NCBI GenBank assembly: GCA_025930955.1
Contig: JAICNY010000001.1
Coordinates: 1 to 42,966 of the forward strand
From: Thermoleophilia bacterium
GTDB lineage: Bacteria; Actinomycetota; Thermoleophilia; Gaiellales; Gaiellaceae
Reading direction: 5' to 3'
Length of the DNA stretch: 42,966 nt
The notes below the pieces were generated by a model. It worked only from the letters and a program-made list of their open reading frames with translations, had not been told where the DNA came from and did no database searches. A program made the position numbers and the translations under genes. This document shows, piece by piece, positions 18,703 through 28,218 of this stretch (position 1 is its first letter; every line of letters starts with the position of its first letter).

Positions 18703-19257
18703 CTAGTTCTCGCGCGCCAGCTGCTCGGCGTCGATCTCGGCGATCGTCTCGTCGATCAGCCGCTTCTGGTCGTCCGCGTCGAGCGACTTCCGCGTCACCT
18801 TCTCCGAAGCGAGCAGGGTGAGCTCGACGACGTCGCGGCGGATCTCCTCGCGGAGCTTTCTGTTCTCGGCCTCGATCGCCTTCTGGTTCTCCTCGAGCCG
18901 GCGCTGGAGGTCCTGGTCGGCCTCCTCGCGCGAGCGGCGGAGCTGCTCGGCCGCCTGGCGCCGGACCTCCTCGAGCTGCCGTTCGCGCTCGAGCTTCGCC
19001 TCCTCGCGCTCCTGCTGCGTCAGCTCGCGGAGCTGGCGGGCCTCCTCGCGCGCCTTGTCGGCCTCGTCGAGCGCCTCGCGGATCCGGTCTCGGCGCTGGT
19101 CGATCAGCCCCTGGATCCGCCCGAACGCGACCTTCCGCAGAACGAGGAAGACGATCAGGAAGGTGACGAACGTCCAGATCATGAGGCCCGGGATGGGCCG
19201 GATCAGGGCATCGCCGGATCCTTCCTCCTGCGCCAGGATGAGTGCCAGCGTCTGCAT
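18703..19257 (-). CDS. atpF: F0 ATP synthase b subunit
   Basis: One N-terminal TM (LMIWTFVTFLIVFLVL) followed by a long charged coiled-coil (REEARQLRELTQQEREEAKLERERQLEE...). It lies between atpE and atpH. Confidence 0.9.
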   Translation of the reverse strand: MQTLALILAQEEGSGDALIRPIPGLMIWTFVTFLIVFLVLRKVAFGRIQGLIDQRRDRIREALDEADKAREEARQLRELTQQEREEAKLERERQLEEVRRQAAEQLRRSREEADQDLQRRLEENQKAIEAENRKLREEIRRDVVELTLLASEKVTRKSLDADDQKRLIDETIAEIDAEQLAREN

Positions 19258-19260
19258 GGG

Positions 19261-19521
19261 CTAGACGAGGACGTAGGCGAGCAGGCCCCCGAGGAGGGCG
19301 TAGAAGACGACCGCCTCGACGAGCGCGAACCCGAGCCACTGGATGCCGGTCAGCTCGCCGCGCAGCTCCGGCTGGCGGGCGACCGCCTGGATCATCGAGC
19401 CGAAGATGTTGCCGATCCCGATCCCGGCGCCCACGGCGCCCAGGCCGACGCCGACGCCGAAGGCGATCGCCTTCCCGAGGTCGGCGACGTCCCCCGTCGC
19501 CTGTGCAAGCAGAAGTTCCAC
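19261..19521 (-). CDS. atpE: F0 ATP synthase c subunit
   Basis: GTG start with an AGGAAAGGGAGG SD. The product ...GLGAVGAGIGIGNIFGSMIQAVARQPELRGELTGIQWLGFALVEAVVFYAL has the c-ring hairpin and the carboxylate Glu in helix 2. The ORF-track 233-aa version is over-extended. Confidence 0.9.
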   Translation of the reverse strand: MELLLAQATGDVADLGKAIAFGVGVGLGAVGAGIGIGNIFGSMIQAVARQPELRGELTGIQWLGFALVEAVVFYALLGGLLAYVLV

Positions 19522-19535
19522 TGTTCCTCCCTTTC

Positions 19536-20360
19536 CTAGTGTTCGGGCTCGATCGCTCCGCCGATGTAGATCGCGGAGAGCAGTGCGAAGACGAAGGCCT
19601 GGATCGTCACGACGATGACGACCTCGAAGATGTAGATCGCCGTCGCCGCCGGCAGCGCGATGATGAGCGCCCAGCCGGAGATGATGAACGCGAGGCCGAT
19701 CATCACGAGGATGAGCATGTGGCCCGCGAGCATGTTCGCGAAGAGACGGACGGAGAGCGAGATCAGCCGCATGAACTGGGAGATGATCTCGAGCGGGATG
19801 ATGAGCGGCAGCAGCCCCTTCGGGACGCCGGCCGGGATCCAGCTCTTGAAGTAGCCCACCGCGCCGTTGTAGCGCAGGCCCTCCACGTGCGTGGCGAAGA
19901 AGGTGATCAGCGCGAGGGCGAGCGTCACGCTCAGGTTCGCGGTCGCCGCGTACACCCCCCATGTGGGCAGCTCGAGCCCGAAGAGCTCGAAGCGCTCGTC
20001 CGAGAGCGGGAGCGGGATGAACCCGATCATGTTGAGGATCCAGATGAAGAGGAAGAGCGCCGCGACGTACGGGAACCAGCGGCCGGCCGACTTCTTCGGG
20101 AGGTTCCCCTCGGCGATCTGCGACTGGAGCAGCTCGTAGAGGCTCTCGCCCATCGTCTGGCGCCGGCTCGGGCGGAGGGAGAGCCCGAAGCGCATGAAGA
20201 AGATCCCGAAGAGGATCGTGACGAGGCCGCCGAGCCAGAGGTACGCGACCGCCTTGTTGATCGACATGTCGATCGGCCCGATCTCGAGCGAGACCCAGGC
20301 CGGGAGCTCGAACTCGTGGGCCGGGTCGAACTCCTCGGCGGCGAGGAGGAAGCCGCTCAC
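19536..20360 (-). CDS. atpB: F0 ATP synthase a subunit
   Basis: GTG start at 20360 (GTGA overlap with the upstream gene, GGGGAGG SD). Conserved region ISQFMRLISLSVRLFANMLAGHMLI with the essential Arg. Confidence 0.9.
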   Translation of the reverse strand: MSGFLLAAEEFDPAHEFELPAWVSLEIGPIDMSINKAVAYLWLGGLVTILFGIFFMRFGLSLRPSRRQTMGESLYELLQSQIAEGNLPKKSAGRWFPYVAALFLFIWILNMIGFIPLPLSDERFELFGLELPTWGVYAATANLSVTLALALITFFATHVEGLRYNGAVGYFKSWIPAGVPKGLLPLIIPLEIISQFMRLISLSVRLFANMLAGHMLILVMIGLAFIISGWALIIALPAATAIYIFEVVIVVTIQAFVFALLSAIYIGGAIEPEH

Positions 20361-20719
20361 CGGCGCGCCTCCCCGGAGAAGTAGAGGACGAGGCTCGTCG
20401 CGAGCTCGGTCGAGTAGCCGGCCGCGTAGACGAGCACGCCGGCCGCGGCGAGGTACGGGTCGCTGACGGCGACCGCGATCGCGGCGAGGACGACGAGGAT
20501 CCCGCGGCCCATCATCCCGAAGGCGACGACCCCGGAGCCTCGCAGCGTCGGCTCGCCGATCCCGACCCGCGCGAACACGAGCCCGAGAAGCTGGCTGCCC
20601 CCCCAGAGGACGGCGCCGAGGAGCCACCCCTCGATTCGCCAGCCGGCAACGAGGAAGAGCGGCAGCGCGAGGGCGACGACGGTCGCGGCCGCGGTGATCG
20701 GCAGGCGCCGTTCGGGCAT
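20357..20719 (-). CDS. atpI: ATP synthase protein I-like small membrane protein
   Basis: 120 aa with 4 hydrophobic segments, immediately upstream of atpB and overlapping its start. Only the C-terminal 120 codons of the 275-aa ORF look protein-like. Confidence 0.6.
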   Translation of the reverse strand: MPERRLPITAAATVVALALPLFLVAGWRIEGWLLGAVLWGGSQLLGLVFARVGIGEPTLRGSGVVAFGMMGRGILVVLAAIAVAVSDPYLAAAGVLVYAAGYSTELATSLVLYFSGEARR

Positions 20720-20736
20720 CGGGCGGATCGCGAGCA

Positions 20737-20946
20737 CTAGAAGGCCTCCCGGTACACGCGGTACACGGTGAGGATCGCGGCGGGGATGCCGACCACCGAG
20801 CCGATCGCCATCCCGATCCCGACAGAGCCCGCCGCCCACCCGATCAGCGCGCCCGCGCCCACGCAGACGAAGAGGACTCCGAGGAGGAGCCCTCCGGCGC
20901 TCAGCGGGTCGAATGTCGGGCGGTCGGCGATTGCGATCGGCATCAT
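20737..20946 (-). CDS. AtpZ-type small hydrophobic protein preceding atpI
   Basis: 69 aa, MMPIAIADRPTFDPLSAGGLLLGVLFVCVGAGALIGWAAGSVGIGMAIGSVVGIPAAILTVYRVYREAF. It has two TM helices and is the first gene of the atp cluster. Confidence 0.55.
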   Translation of the reverse strand: MMPIAIADRPTFDPLSAGGLLLGVLFVCVGAGALIGWAAGSVGIGMAIGSVVGIPAAILTVYRVYREAF

Positions 20947-20960
20947 TCCACGCGGGGCGA

Positions 20961-20990
20961 AGCTTAACAGCGGGAGCCGAGTTCGTGACA
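20961..20990 (-). promoter_or_regulatory. Candidate promoter of the atpZ-atpH block
   Basis: The minus strand reads TGTCAC (20990-20985), an 18-nt spacer, then TAAGCT (20966-20961, fits TANNNT). The -10 lies only 14 nt from the ATG, implying a very short or leaderless mRNA. Confidence 0.25.
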
Positions 20991-21041
20991 GCCCGAAAGC
21001 GCGTCCCTGGCCGCTTGTAGGCGGACTTTGTGCGGGCGCGG

Positions 21042-21848
21042 TCAGTCGGCCCGCAGGACGAGCACGTAGCCGTCGCGCGACTCGATCCGGAGCCGGTCGC
21101 CGTCGACGTCGACCCGAAAGCGATCCCCGAGCGCGCCGACGACCGCTCCCTCCTGCTCGATCGCCTCGCGCGAGCAGCCGGCATGGTCGCGACGGCTCAT
21201 CTCCGCCTCCGTGAGCACGACCTCGTGGCCCTGGAGGATGTAGCGGCCGGCGAGGTCGCGGCACCGCGTGTGCGCCTCGACGCGCCCCTCGCGGCCGAAG
21301 CGAAGCGTCGCGGGGCGCGCGCGGGCCGTGCGCGTGGCGCCGTCGACGGTCCAGGACTCGAGCGTCCACGTGCGGCCGTCGAGCCGCTCGGGGTCGACGG
21401 GCGCGAGCGGCTCGAAGACGAGCTCCGTCTCGGGGCCGGTCAGGACGAGCCGTCCGTCCTTCACCTCCCGCCGCTCGACGTCCCGGAGCGCGTCGAAGTA
21501 GGCCTCCTCGACGGCGTTGACCTCCGCCCCGCAGCCCATGAGGGTCGAGGTCAGCGGGCCGCGCACGCGGATGCGCTCGCCCTCGATCCGCGCCCGCGCG
21601 CCGAACTCGTTGCACCCACCGAAGCCCGAGAGCTTCCGCGGCCGGAGCACGAGCGTGAGCTCGCGCCGTTCGAGGTGGATCTCGCCGTCCGGGCCGTGGG
21701 CGGAGACGAGCCTCCAGCCGGCGCCGGAATCGGGCGCGGGCGCCGGTTCGGCCGGAGCAGACGGCGGCTTCGACGTCGAGTCGGCGCCGACAGTGCAGCC
21801 GGCGCCGAGCAGGAGGGCCGCCGCGACGGCAACGAGCGACCCCTTCAT
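21042..21848 (-). CDS. Lipoprotein with two META (HslJ-like) domains
   Basis: Signal/lipobox MKGSLVAVAAALLLGAGC. Two repeats of the META pattern are present (...SGFGGCNEFGARARIEGERIRVGPLTSTLMGC... and ...VEAHTRCRDLAGRYILQGHEVVLTEAEMSRRDHAGC...). Confidence 0.7.
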   Translation of the reverse strand: MKGSLVAVAAALLLGAGCTVGADSTSKPPSAPAEPAPAPDSGAGWRLVSAHGPDGEIHLERRELTLVLRPRKLSGFGGCNEFGARARIEGERIRVRGPLTSTLMGCGAEVNAVEEAYFDALRDVERREVKDGRLVLTGPETELVFEPLAPVDPERLDGRTWTLESWTVDGATRTARARPATLRFGREGRVEAHTRCRDLAGRYILQGHEVVLTEAEMSRRDHAGCSREAIEQEGAVVGALGDRFRVDVDGDRLRIESRDGYVLVLRAD

Positions 21849-21917
21849 GCCTCTCGTGCGGCGCAACCCGGCCATGGTGTCACGGATCCCGAGGGCGAGC
21901 GCCGTACGATCCAGGCG

Positions 21918-22925
21918 GTGCGGGTCTGGATGGATCTCACGAACACGGCGCACGTCCTCGTGCTGCGCCCGCTCGTCGAGGCCCTGGAGGAGGACGGGCA
22001 CGACGTCGAGCTGACCGCGCGGCCGCTCTCGCACACGCTCGAGCTGCTCGACGACTGGGGGCATCCGTACACGGCGCTCGGACGCCACGGCGGCGCGCGC
22101 AGGGCCGGCAAGGCGCTCGCGGCCGCCTCGCGCACGCCGCAGCTCGTCCGCTGGGCGCGCGGCCGGCGCTTCGACGCGGCGCTCGGGCATGCGTCGGTCG
22201 ACCTCCCGCCCGCGGCGCGACTCCTGCGGATCCCGAACACGACGATGTTCGACTACGAGTGGGCGGTCGCTCAGCACCACGTGATCTGCCGGCTCGCGAA
22301 CCGGGTGCTCGTGCCCGAGGCGATCCCGCCCGAGCGGCTCGCCCGCTACGGCGCCCGTCCGCCGAAGCTCGTTCGCTACCCGGGACTGAAGGAGGAGTAC
22401 TACCTCGCCGCCTTCGAGCCCGACCCCGCGGTGCCGGAGGCGCTCGGCGTCGAGCCCGGATCGATCCTCGCGGTCGTCAGGACGGCCCCCTCGTACGCGC
22501 TCTACCTCGCCGGCTCGGAGAACCCGCTCGTCCCCCGCGTGCTCGCGCGGCTCGCCGCGGACGAGCGGGTCCGGACGGTCGTCCTCGCGCGGACGCCCGA
22601 GCAGCGCGAGGCGGTGCGCGCGCTCGGCCTTCCGCGCACGATCGTCCCCGACCGCGCGGTGGACGGGCGCTCGCTCGTCGCGTTCGCCGACCTGCTCGTC
22701 TCCGCGGGCGGGACGATGAACCGCGAGGCCGCCGTGCTCGCGACGCCGGTCTGGTCGATCCTCGAGGGCCCGCGCGGCGGCGTCGACGAGCGGCTCGCCG
22801 AGGAGGGACGCCTGCGCTTCCTCGCCGACCCCGCCGAGATCGAGGTCGCGAAAAAGCCCGAGGGCGCGTGGCGCGACCGCGTCCGCCGGAACCCGCGCGA
22901 CCTGCTCAGGCTCGCGCTGCCGTAG
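21918..22925 (+). CDS. DUF354-family protein (GT-B-like fold; predicted glycosyltransferase/epimerase-like)
   Basis: The N-terminus VRVWMDLTNTAHVLVLRPLVEALEEDGHDVELTARP matches the MKIWIDITNSPHV-type start I recall for DUF354, as does ...YPGLKEEYYLAAFEPD. The start is GTG 21918 (or ATG 21930). The upstream 296 codons of the ORF are antisense to the META gene. Confidence 0.6.
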   Translation: MRVWMDLTNTAHVLVLRPLVEALEEDGHDVELTARPLSHTLELLDDWGHPYTALGRHGGARRAGKALAAASRTPQLVRWARGRRFDAALGHASVDLPPAARLLRIPNTTMFDYEWAVAQHHVICRLANRVLVPEAIPPERLARYGARPPKLVRYPGLKEEYYLAAFEPDPAVPEALGVEPGSILAVVRTAPSYALYLAGSENPLVPRVLARLAADERVRTVVLARTPEQREAVRALGLPRTIVPDRAVDGRSLVAFADLLVSAGGTMNREAAVLATPVWSILEGPRGGVDERLAEEGRLRFLADPAEIEVAKKPEGAWRDRVRRNPRDLLRLALP

Positions 22926-23820
22926 CGCCGCGCTGGACGATCCAGACGCCCGCGAGCACGACCGCGGCGGCGAGCGCGAGCGGCGCCGTCAGGCGCTCCC
23001 CGAGGACGAGCGCGGCGAGCACGATCCCCGAGAGCGGCTGCACGAACTGGAGCGTCGCCACGCGGACGATGCCGCCGCGCGCGAGCGCCCAGTACCACCC
23101 GACGTAGCCGACGATCGAGGTGACGAGCGCGAGGAAGACGACCGCCGCCCACGCGTCCGCGCCCGCGCTCGGCAGCCCGTCCGCGAGCAGCCCGAGCGCG
23201 AGCGGCGCCACCATCGCCGCGCCGATGACAACGCCCCAGAACGTCGTGGGCACGCTCCTGTAGCCCTGCTGGCCGAGCAGCGCCCCGGCGACGTAGCCGG
23301 CGGAGACGAGGAGCGCCGAGGCGAGGACGAGCAGGTCGCCGGCGAGGCTCGGCTCGGCCTCCCCGCCGCCGGAGCGGATCGCCACGACCGCCGCCTCGCC
23401 CGCGAGCGCGACCGTGCACCCGACGAGCCAGGGCCGCGAGGGCCGCCGGCGCGCGACGAACGCCGCGTACGCGCCGGTGAAGACGGGCAGCGCCGCGAGG
23501 ATGATCGCGCCGTGCGTCGCCGACGTCCGCTCCTGCCCCAGCGTGAAGAGCACCGGGAAGGCGACGAACCCCGTCACGGCCGAGACGAGGAGCAGCCCGC
23601 GCGCCCGCGTGACGACGGGAAGCCGCTGCCGTGTCGCGAGGAGGATCGGCGCGGCGACGAGCCCGGCGAGCACCGTTCGGAGCACGGCGACGACGAGCGG
23701 CTCGAGCTCCTCGACCGCGATCCGCGTCAGCACGGGCGTCGACCCCCACGCGACCATCACGGCGAGCGCGACCGCGAGGGCCGCCGCCGCGCCGCGGGCG
23801 GAGGCGCTCGGCGGGGTCAC
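22906..23820 (-). CDS. EamA/DMT-superfamily transporter
   Basis: About 10 hydrophobic helices in a two-EamA-repeat organisation (WGSTPVLTRIAVEEL... and ...GWYWALARGGIVRVATLQFVQPLSGIVLAALVLGE). Confidence 0.8.
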   Translation of the reverse strand: MTPPSASARGAAAALAVALAVMVAWGSTPVLTRIAVEELEPLVVAVLRTVLAGLVAAPILLATRQRLPVVTRARGLLLVSAVTGFVAFPVLFTLGQERTSATHGAIILAALPVFTGAYAAFVARRRPSRPWLVGCTVALAGEAAVVAIRSGGGEAEPSLAGDLLVLASALLVSAGYVAGALLGQQGYRSVPTTFWGVVIGAAMVAPLALGLLADGLPSAGADAWAAVVFLALVTSIVGYVGWYWALARGGIVRVATLQFVQPLSGIVLAALVLGERLTAPLALAAAVVLAGVWIVQRGATAARA

Positions 23821-23826
23821 GGAGCG

Positions 23827-25050
23827 CTAGCGCGGGCCGGACGCCGCCCGGGTCTCGGCCTCACGCTCGACCGGCGGGCCGGCGTGGAGGACGCGCTCGA
23901 CCGCTTCCTCCCGCTCCTCCTCGCGCGTGGCGAAGCGGCCGAAGCCGAGCACGCGCAGGTGGCGCGCCTTGAGGATCTCGAGCGTGTAGACCATCCAGAG
24001 CGAGGCCGCGAGCACGAGGACGCCGACGCCGGCGACGACGAGCGCGTTCTCGAGATCCCACTCCCCGCGCGGGCGCGGCGGCACGAAGCGGACGAGGATC
24101 GCCCATGCGGCGAGGAGCGCCGCCCACAGGTGGAGGTACGCGGCGGTGCGCCGCTGCGAGAACCCGATCCGCATGAAGCGGTGGTAGAAGTGGTTCTGGT
24201 CGGCGTTCCACGGCGGCCGGCGGTACTTGAGCCGCTTCAGGACGACGAACGACGTGTCGAGGATCGGCACGGCCAGCACGAGGAGCGGCATGACGAGCGC
24301 GATCGTCGCGGCCGTCTTCAGCACGCCCTGGACGGCGATCGCGGCGAGGACGAACCCGAGCGCGAGCGCGCCGGTGTCGCCCATGATGATCCGGGCCGGG
24401 TGGTAGTTGTGGCGCAGGAACGCGAGCGTCGCGCCGCAGACGATCGCCGCGAGCGCGGCCGCGTTCATGCGGCCGAACGAGACGGCGAGGACGGCGAACG
24501 AGAACGCCGCGATCGAGACGATCCCGGCCGCGAGCGCGTCCATGCCGTCGATCAGGTTCACGAGATTCGCGAGGCCGGCGATCCAAAGGACCGTGAGCGG
24601 CACGGCGAGCACGCCGAAGTCGACGGTGCCAAGAAGCGGCGCGGAGAAGCCGTCGAAGGTCACGTCCCAGCCGAGCACCGGAATGAGCGCGATCGCGACG
24701 ACGCCGGCCATCTTCACGCTCGGCGAGATCCCGCGCACGTCGTCGACGAACCCGACCACGGCGACGAGCGCCGTCCCGATCAGGATCCCGAGAAACGCTC
24801 CGTCGGGCCGGAGGAGGATCGTGCCGGGAACGAGGATCCCGAGCACGATCGCGACGCCGCCGATCCGCGGCAGCGGACGCTGGTGCACGCGCGGCCGGTC
24901 GCTCCGCTTCGGGTCGTCGACCGCTCCGACGCGCGGCGCGAGCCAGGTCACGACCGGGGTCAGGAGGAGCACGATCGCGGCCGCGGAGACGAAGCCCCAG
25001 ACGACCGTTCCCTCGCGCACGAGCGCCTCGAGCGAGCCGAGGAACGTCAC
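23827..25050 (-). CDS. wecA: Undecaprenyl-phosphate N-acetylhexosamine-1-phosphate transferase (MraY/WecA GT4 family)
   Basis: Motifs VGFVDDVRGISPSVKMAG, NLVNLIDGMDALAAG and IMGDTGALALGF. It sits upstream of the atp cluster, as rfe does in mycobacteria. Confidence 0.85.
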   Translation of the reverse strand: MTFLGSLEALVREGTVVWGFVSAAAIVLLLTPVVTWLAPRVGAVDDPKRSDRPRVHQRPLPRIGGVAIVLGILVPGTILLRPDGAFLGILIGTALVAVVGFVDDVRGISPSVKMAGVVAIALIPVLGWDVTFDGFSAPLLGTVDFGVLAVPLTVLWIAGLANLVNLIDGMDALAAGIVSIAAFSFAVLAVSFGRMNAAALAAIVCGATLAFLRHNYHPARIIMGDTGALALGFVLAAIAVQGVLKTAATIALVMPLLVLAVPILDTSFVVLKRLKYRRPPWNADQNHFYHRFMRIGFSQRRTAAYLHLWAALLAAWAILVRFVPPRPRGEWDLENALVVAGVGVLVLAASLWMVYTLEILKARHLRVLGFGRFATREEEREEAVERVLHAGPPVEREAETRAASGPR

Positions 25051-25153
25051 CCGGACGATTATCGCAAGACACCCGGCCGCCCGGGGGTCTCGGGCGGCCT
25101 AGCCGAACGAGCAGGAGTCCCGGGCCGGCCCCGGTAGCTAGCATCCGAGCCCG

Positions 25154-26461
25154 ATGAACGAGATCGTCACGAGCGCGATGACCTTCGACGACCGGATCGC
25201 GACCCGCGAGGCGCGCGTCGGCATCGTCGGCCTCGGCTACGCGGGCCTGCCGCTCGCCATGGCCTTCGCCGAGGCCGGCTTCGAGGTGACCGGCGTCGAC
25301 CTGAGCGACGAGCGGGTGCGCGCCGTGCAGGAGCACCGCTCGTACCTCGTGGACGTCCCCGAGGAGCGCTACGCGGGCCTCGACGGGCGGCTCACTGCAA
25401 CGACGGACTACGCGGCCGTCGGCGAGCTCGACGCGCTCACGATCTGCGTCCCGACGCCGCTCTCGAAGACACGGACGCCCGACATCGGCTACGTCGTCTC
25501 CGCCGCCGAGTCGGTCGCGGCGAACACGCGCCCCGGCCAGCTCGTCGTCCTCCAGTCGACGACCTCGCCGGGGACGACGGAGGAGATCGTGAAGCCGATC
25601 TTCGAGCGGGCCGGCGCGATCGTCGGGCAGGACGTCTTTCTCGGCTACGCGCCCGAGCGCGTCGACCCGGGCAACCGGCGCTACACGATCAAGTCGACGC
25701 CGAAGCTCGTCGCGGGCGTGACCGGCGAGTGCCTGCGGCGCACCGAGCTCCTCTACCGGCAGATCGTGGACGAGGTCGTGCCCGTCTCGAGCCCGATCGT
25801 CGCCGAGACGGCGAAGCTGCACGAGAACACGTTCCGCGCCGTGAACATCGCGCTCGCGAACGAGCTCGCGCTCATGTGCGACCGCCTCGGGATCTCGCCC
25901 TGGGAGGTGATCGAGGCGGCGGCGACGAAGCCGTTCGCGTTTCTCCCGCACTACCCGGGGCCGGGCCTGGGCGGAGACTGCATCCCGGTCGTGCCGCAGT
26001 TCCTGGCGGCGCGCGTTCGCGAGTACGGCTACTCGCCGCGGCTGATCGACGCGGCGCACGAGATCAACACGAGCATGCCGGGCTACGTCGTCGGGAAGGT
26101 CGCTGACGCGCTGAACGAGGACGGCAAGCCGGTGAAGGGCTCGCGGCTCCTCCTGCTCGGGATGGCGTACAAGGCCGACGTGCACGACACGCGGGAGTCT
26201 CCGTCGCTCGAGATCATGCGACTCCTCTTGGAGCGCGGCGGCGAGGTGCGCTACTGCGACCCGTGGGTGCCGGACCTCGAGCTGGACGGCGTCCGCCACC
26301 GGAGCGTCGGGTGGACGCGCGAGGAGGTCGACGCGGCCGACTGCGTCGTCCTGCTCACGAGCCACCGCCAGTTCCTCGACGAACCGCTCTGGGACGCGGC
26401 CGCGCGGATCGTGGACTCGCGGAACGTCGTGCCCGACGGGCCGTCGGTGCACCGCATCTAG
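25154..26461 (+). CDS. Nucleotide-sugar 6-dehydrogenase (UDP-glucose/GDP-mannose dehydrogenase family; WecC/Cap5O/TviB-like)
   Basis: Rossmann motif VGIVGLGYAGLPLAMAFAEAGFEV, catalytic-Cys region YPGPGLGGDCIP and C-terminal LLLGMAYKADVHDTRESPS. Confidence 0.85.
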   Translation: MNEIVTSAMTFDDRIATREARVGIVGLGYAGLPLAMAFAEAGFEVTGVDLSDERVRAVQEHRSYLVDVPEERYAGLDGRLTATTDYAAVGELDALTICVPTPLSKTRTPDIGYVVSAAESVAANTRPGQLVVLQSTTSPGTTEEIVKPIFERAGAIVGQDVFLGYAPERVDPGNRRYTIKSTPKLVAGVTGECLRRTELLYRQIVDEVVPVSSPIVAETAKLHENTFRAVNIALANELALMCDRLGISPWEVIEAAATKPFAFLPHYPGPGLGGDCIPVVPQFLAARVREYGYSPRLIDAAHEINTSMPGYVVGKVADALNEDGKPVKGSRLLLLGMAYKADVHDTRESPSLEIMRLLLERGGEVRYCDPWVPDLELDGVRHRSVGWTREEVDAADCVVLLTSHRQFLDEPLWDAAARIVDSRNVVPDGPSVHRI

Positions 26462-26464
26462 CGC

Positions 26465-27343
26465 GTGCCCTCGCTGCTCGTCCTCGGGGCGGGGTACGTC
26501 GGCGCGCGGGTTGCGGAGCTGGCGCTCGAACGCGGCGACGAGGTCGTGCTCGCGGACGACTGGTCGCTCACCCGGCGCGAGCAGGTGGCGGGGCTCGAGT
26601 CGCGCGGCGCGCGGGTGGTGACTGCCGACGTGGCGGCGCGCGAGGACGTCGAGCGGGCGCTCGGGCTCGGCTGCGACCGGCTCGTCTTCCTCGCCGCGCA
26701 GGCGAGCCGGCCCCTCGCCGAGCGCGAGCCAGACCGGACCGAGCGGACGAACGCGACCGGCGCCCGGCTCGTCGCGGAGACGGTCGCGGGGCGCGGCGGG
26801 CCTCCGGTCGTATTCGGCTCGTCGCTCCACGTCTACGGGGAGGAGCTCGCCGGCGAGGTGCATCCGTCGCACCCGTACGGCGAGCAGCGCGATCTCACGC
26901 ATCTGACGAAGGTCTACGCGGAGCTCGCCCTGAGGCTCCACCTGCGCCGGGCTGGAGTGCCGCTCGCCCTCATGCGGCTCGGGATCGTCTACGGGCCGAG
27001 CCCGGTCGAGCACGACGGGCCGCAGTCGGTGACGGTCGTGGACAAGTTCCGGCGCCTGGCGGGCCTCGGCGAGCCGCTCCCGGTGGAGGGCGGCGGCCGC
27101 GCGACGATCGGCGTCGTGCACGTCGAGGACGCGGCGCGCATCCTCCTCGAGTGCGAGCCGCGCGATGGGATCGCCGCCGAGAACGTCGCCGCGGAGACGA
27201 TCACCGTCGCGGACGTCGCCGCGCTCGCCGAGGGCCGCGAGCCCGCCGGCGACGCGCCGTTCACGTTCGCGAGCCCCTTCGCGTACCGCCACCGCGTGGC
27301 CGACTACCTTGCCGGCGGGCACCCACGAGAGACACGAGCGTGA
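26465..27343 (+). CDS. NAD-dependent epimerase/dehydratase-family (extended SDR) protein, divergent
   Basis: LLVLGAGYVGARV glycine motif and SSLHVYGEE. The usual PYGxSK catalytic motif is replaced by PYGEQRDLTHLTKVYAE, so the YxxxK spacing is not canonical. Confidence 0.65.
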   Translation: MPSLLVLGAGYVGARVAELALERGDEVVLADDWSLTRREQVAGLESRGARVVTADVAAREDVERALGLGCDRLVFLAAQASRPLAEREPDRTERTNATGARLVAETVAGRGGPPVVFGSSLHVYGEELAGEVHPSHPYGEQRDLTHLTKVYAELALRLHLRRAGVPLALMRLGIVYGPSPVEHDGPQSVTVVDKFRRLAGLGEPLPVEGGGRATIGVVHVEDAARILLECEPRDGIAAENVAAETITVADVAALAEGREPAGDAPFTFASPFAYRHRVADYLAGGHPRETRA

Positions 27344-28218
27344 GGCTGCTTGTCACCGGGGCGACAGGGTTCCTCGGCTCCCGGCTCTCCGACCTGCTCG
27401 CCGCCGGAGGCCACGACGTGATCCGGCTCGCGCGGCCGGGCGGGCGCCCGCGCGCGGCGGCACAGCGCGAGGATGTCGTCCGCGTCGACGCGGGCGACGC
27501 GGCGGCGCGGGAGCTCGTCGCGGGCTGCGACGCGGTGCTCCACTTCGCGGGCGTCCCGAGCCCGTCCGTCGCCGCGGCCGACCCCGCCCGCGCCGTGCGC
27601 GAGAACGCGGGCACGACGGCGAACCTTCTCGACGCGTGCGCCGAGCACGGCGCAGGCCTCGTCTACCCGTCGACCACCCGGGCCGCGCTCGACCCGCCGC
27701 CCGACGCCTACGCCCTCTCGAAGCGGCTCGGCGAGGAGGCTTGCCGCCTGCACGGCGCCCGCGCGACCGTCTTGCGCCTGACCTCCGTCTTCGGCCCCGG
27801 CCAGGTCGCCGCGGAGGGGGCGACCGGTGCGATCGCGAGCTTCGCGCACGCGGCCCTCGCGGGCGAGGCGATCGTCATCCCGGGGAACCCCGACCGAGCC
27901 CGCGACTTCGTCCTCGCCGACGACCTCGCGACACCGCTCGAGCGCATCGTCTCGGAGCGCCGCTGGGGCGAGACGCTCACTCTCGCGCGCGGCACGTCGA
28001 CGCCGCTTCGCGAGGCCGCCGAGCTCGTCCGGCGCGCCGCCGGAACGGACGTCGCGATCGAGACCCCCGGCGGCGATCTCGCGCCCGGCGAGAACGAGAG
28101 CTACGAGGCCGCCCCGCCGCCCGCCTGGCTAGGGTTCGAGCCGATCTCGCTGGAGGAGGGAATCGAACGCTATGTCGGCTGGCTCCGCAGCCATCCCGCA
28201 GCTCAAGGCCGCCCCTAG
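27340..28218 (+). CDS. NAD-dependent epimerase/dehydratase (extended SDR)
   Basis: GTG start with a GTGA overlap. LLVTGATGFLGSRL, canonical YALSK and LRLTSVFGPG. Only the last 293 codons of the 651-aa ORF are protein-like. Confidence 0.8.
   Translation: MRLLVTGATGFLGSRLSDLLAAGGHDVIRLARPGGRPRAAAQREDVVRVDAGDAAARELVAGCDAVLHFAGVPSPSVAAADPARAVRENAGTTANLLDACAEHGAGLVYPSTTRAALDPPPDAYALSKRLGEEACRLHGARATVLRLTSVFGPGQVAAEGATGAIASFAHAALAGEAIVIPGNPDRARDFVLADDLATPLERIVSERRWGETLTLARGTSTPLREAAELVRRAAGTDVAIETPGGDLAPGENESYEAAPPPAWLGFEPISLEEGIERYVGWLRSHPAAQGRP

Noticed and set aside
21030-21917. N-terminal 296 codons of the 631-aa ORF containing DUF354
   Set aside because: It is antisense to the META lipoprotein gene. 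The DUF354 homology begins at VRVWMDLTNTAHV, so the start is called at 21918.
23861-27322. 1153-aa minus-strand ORF spanning wecA and the sugar genes
   Set aside because: It crosses a divergent intergenic region and is antisense to three motif-bearing plus-strand genes. It is a GC-driven open frame, not a gene.
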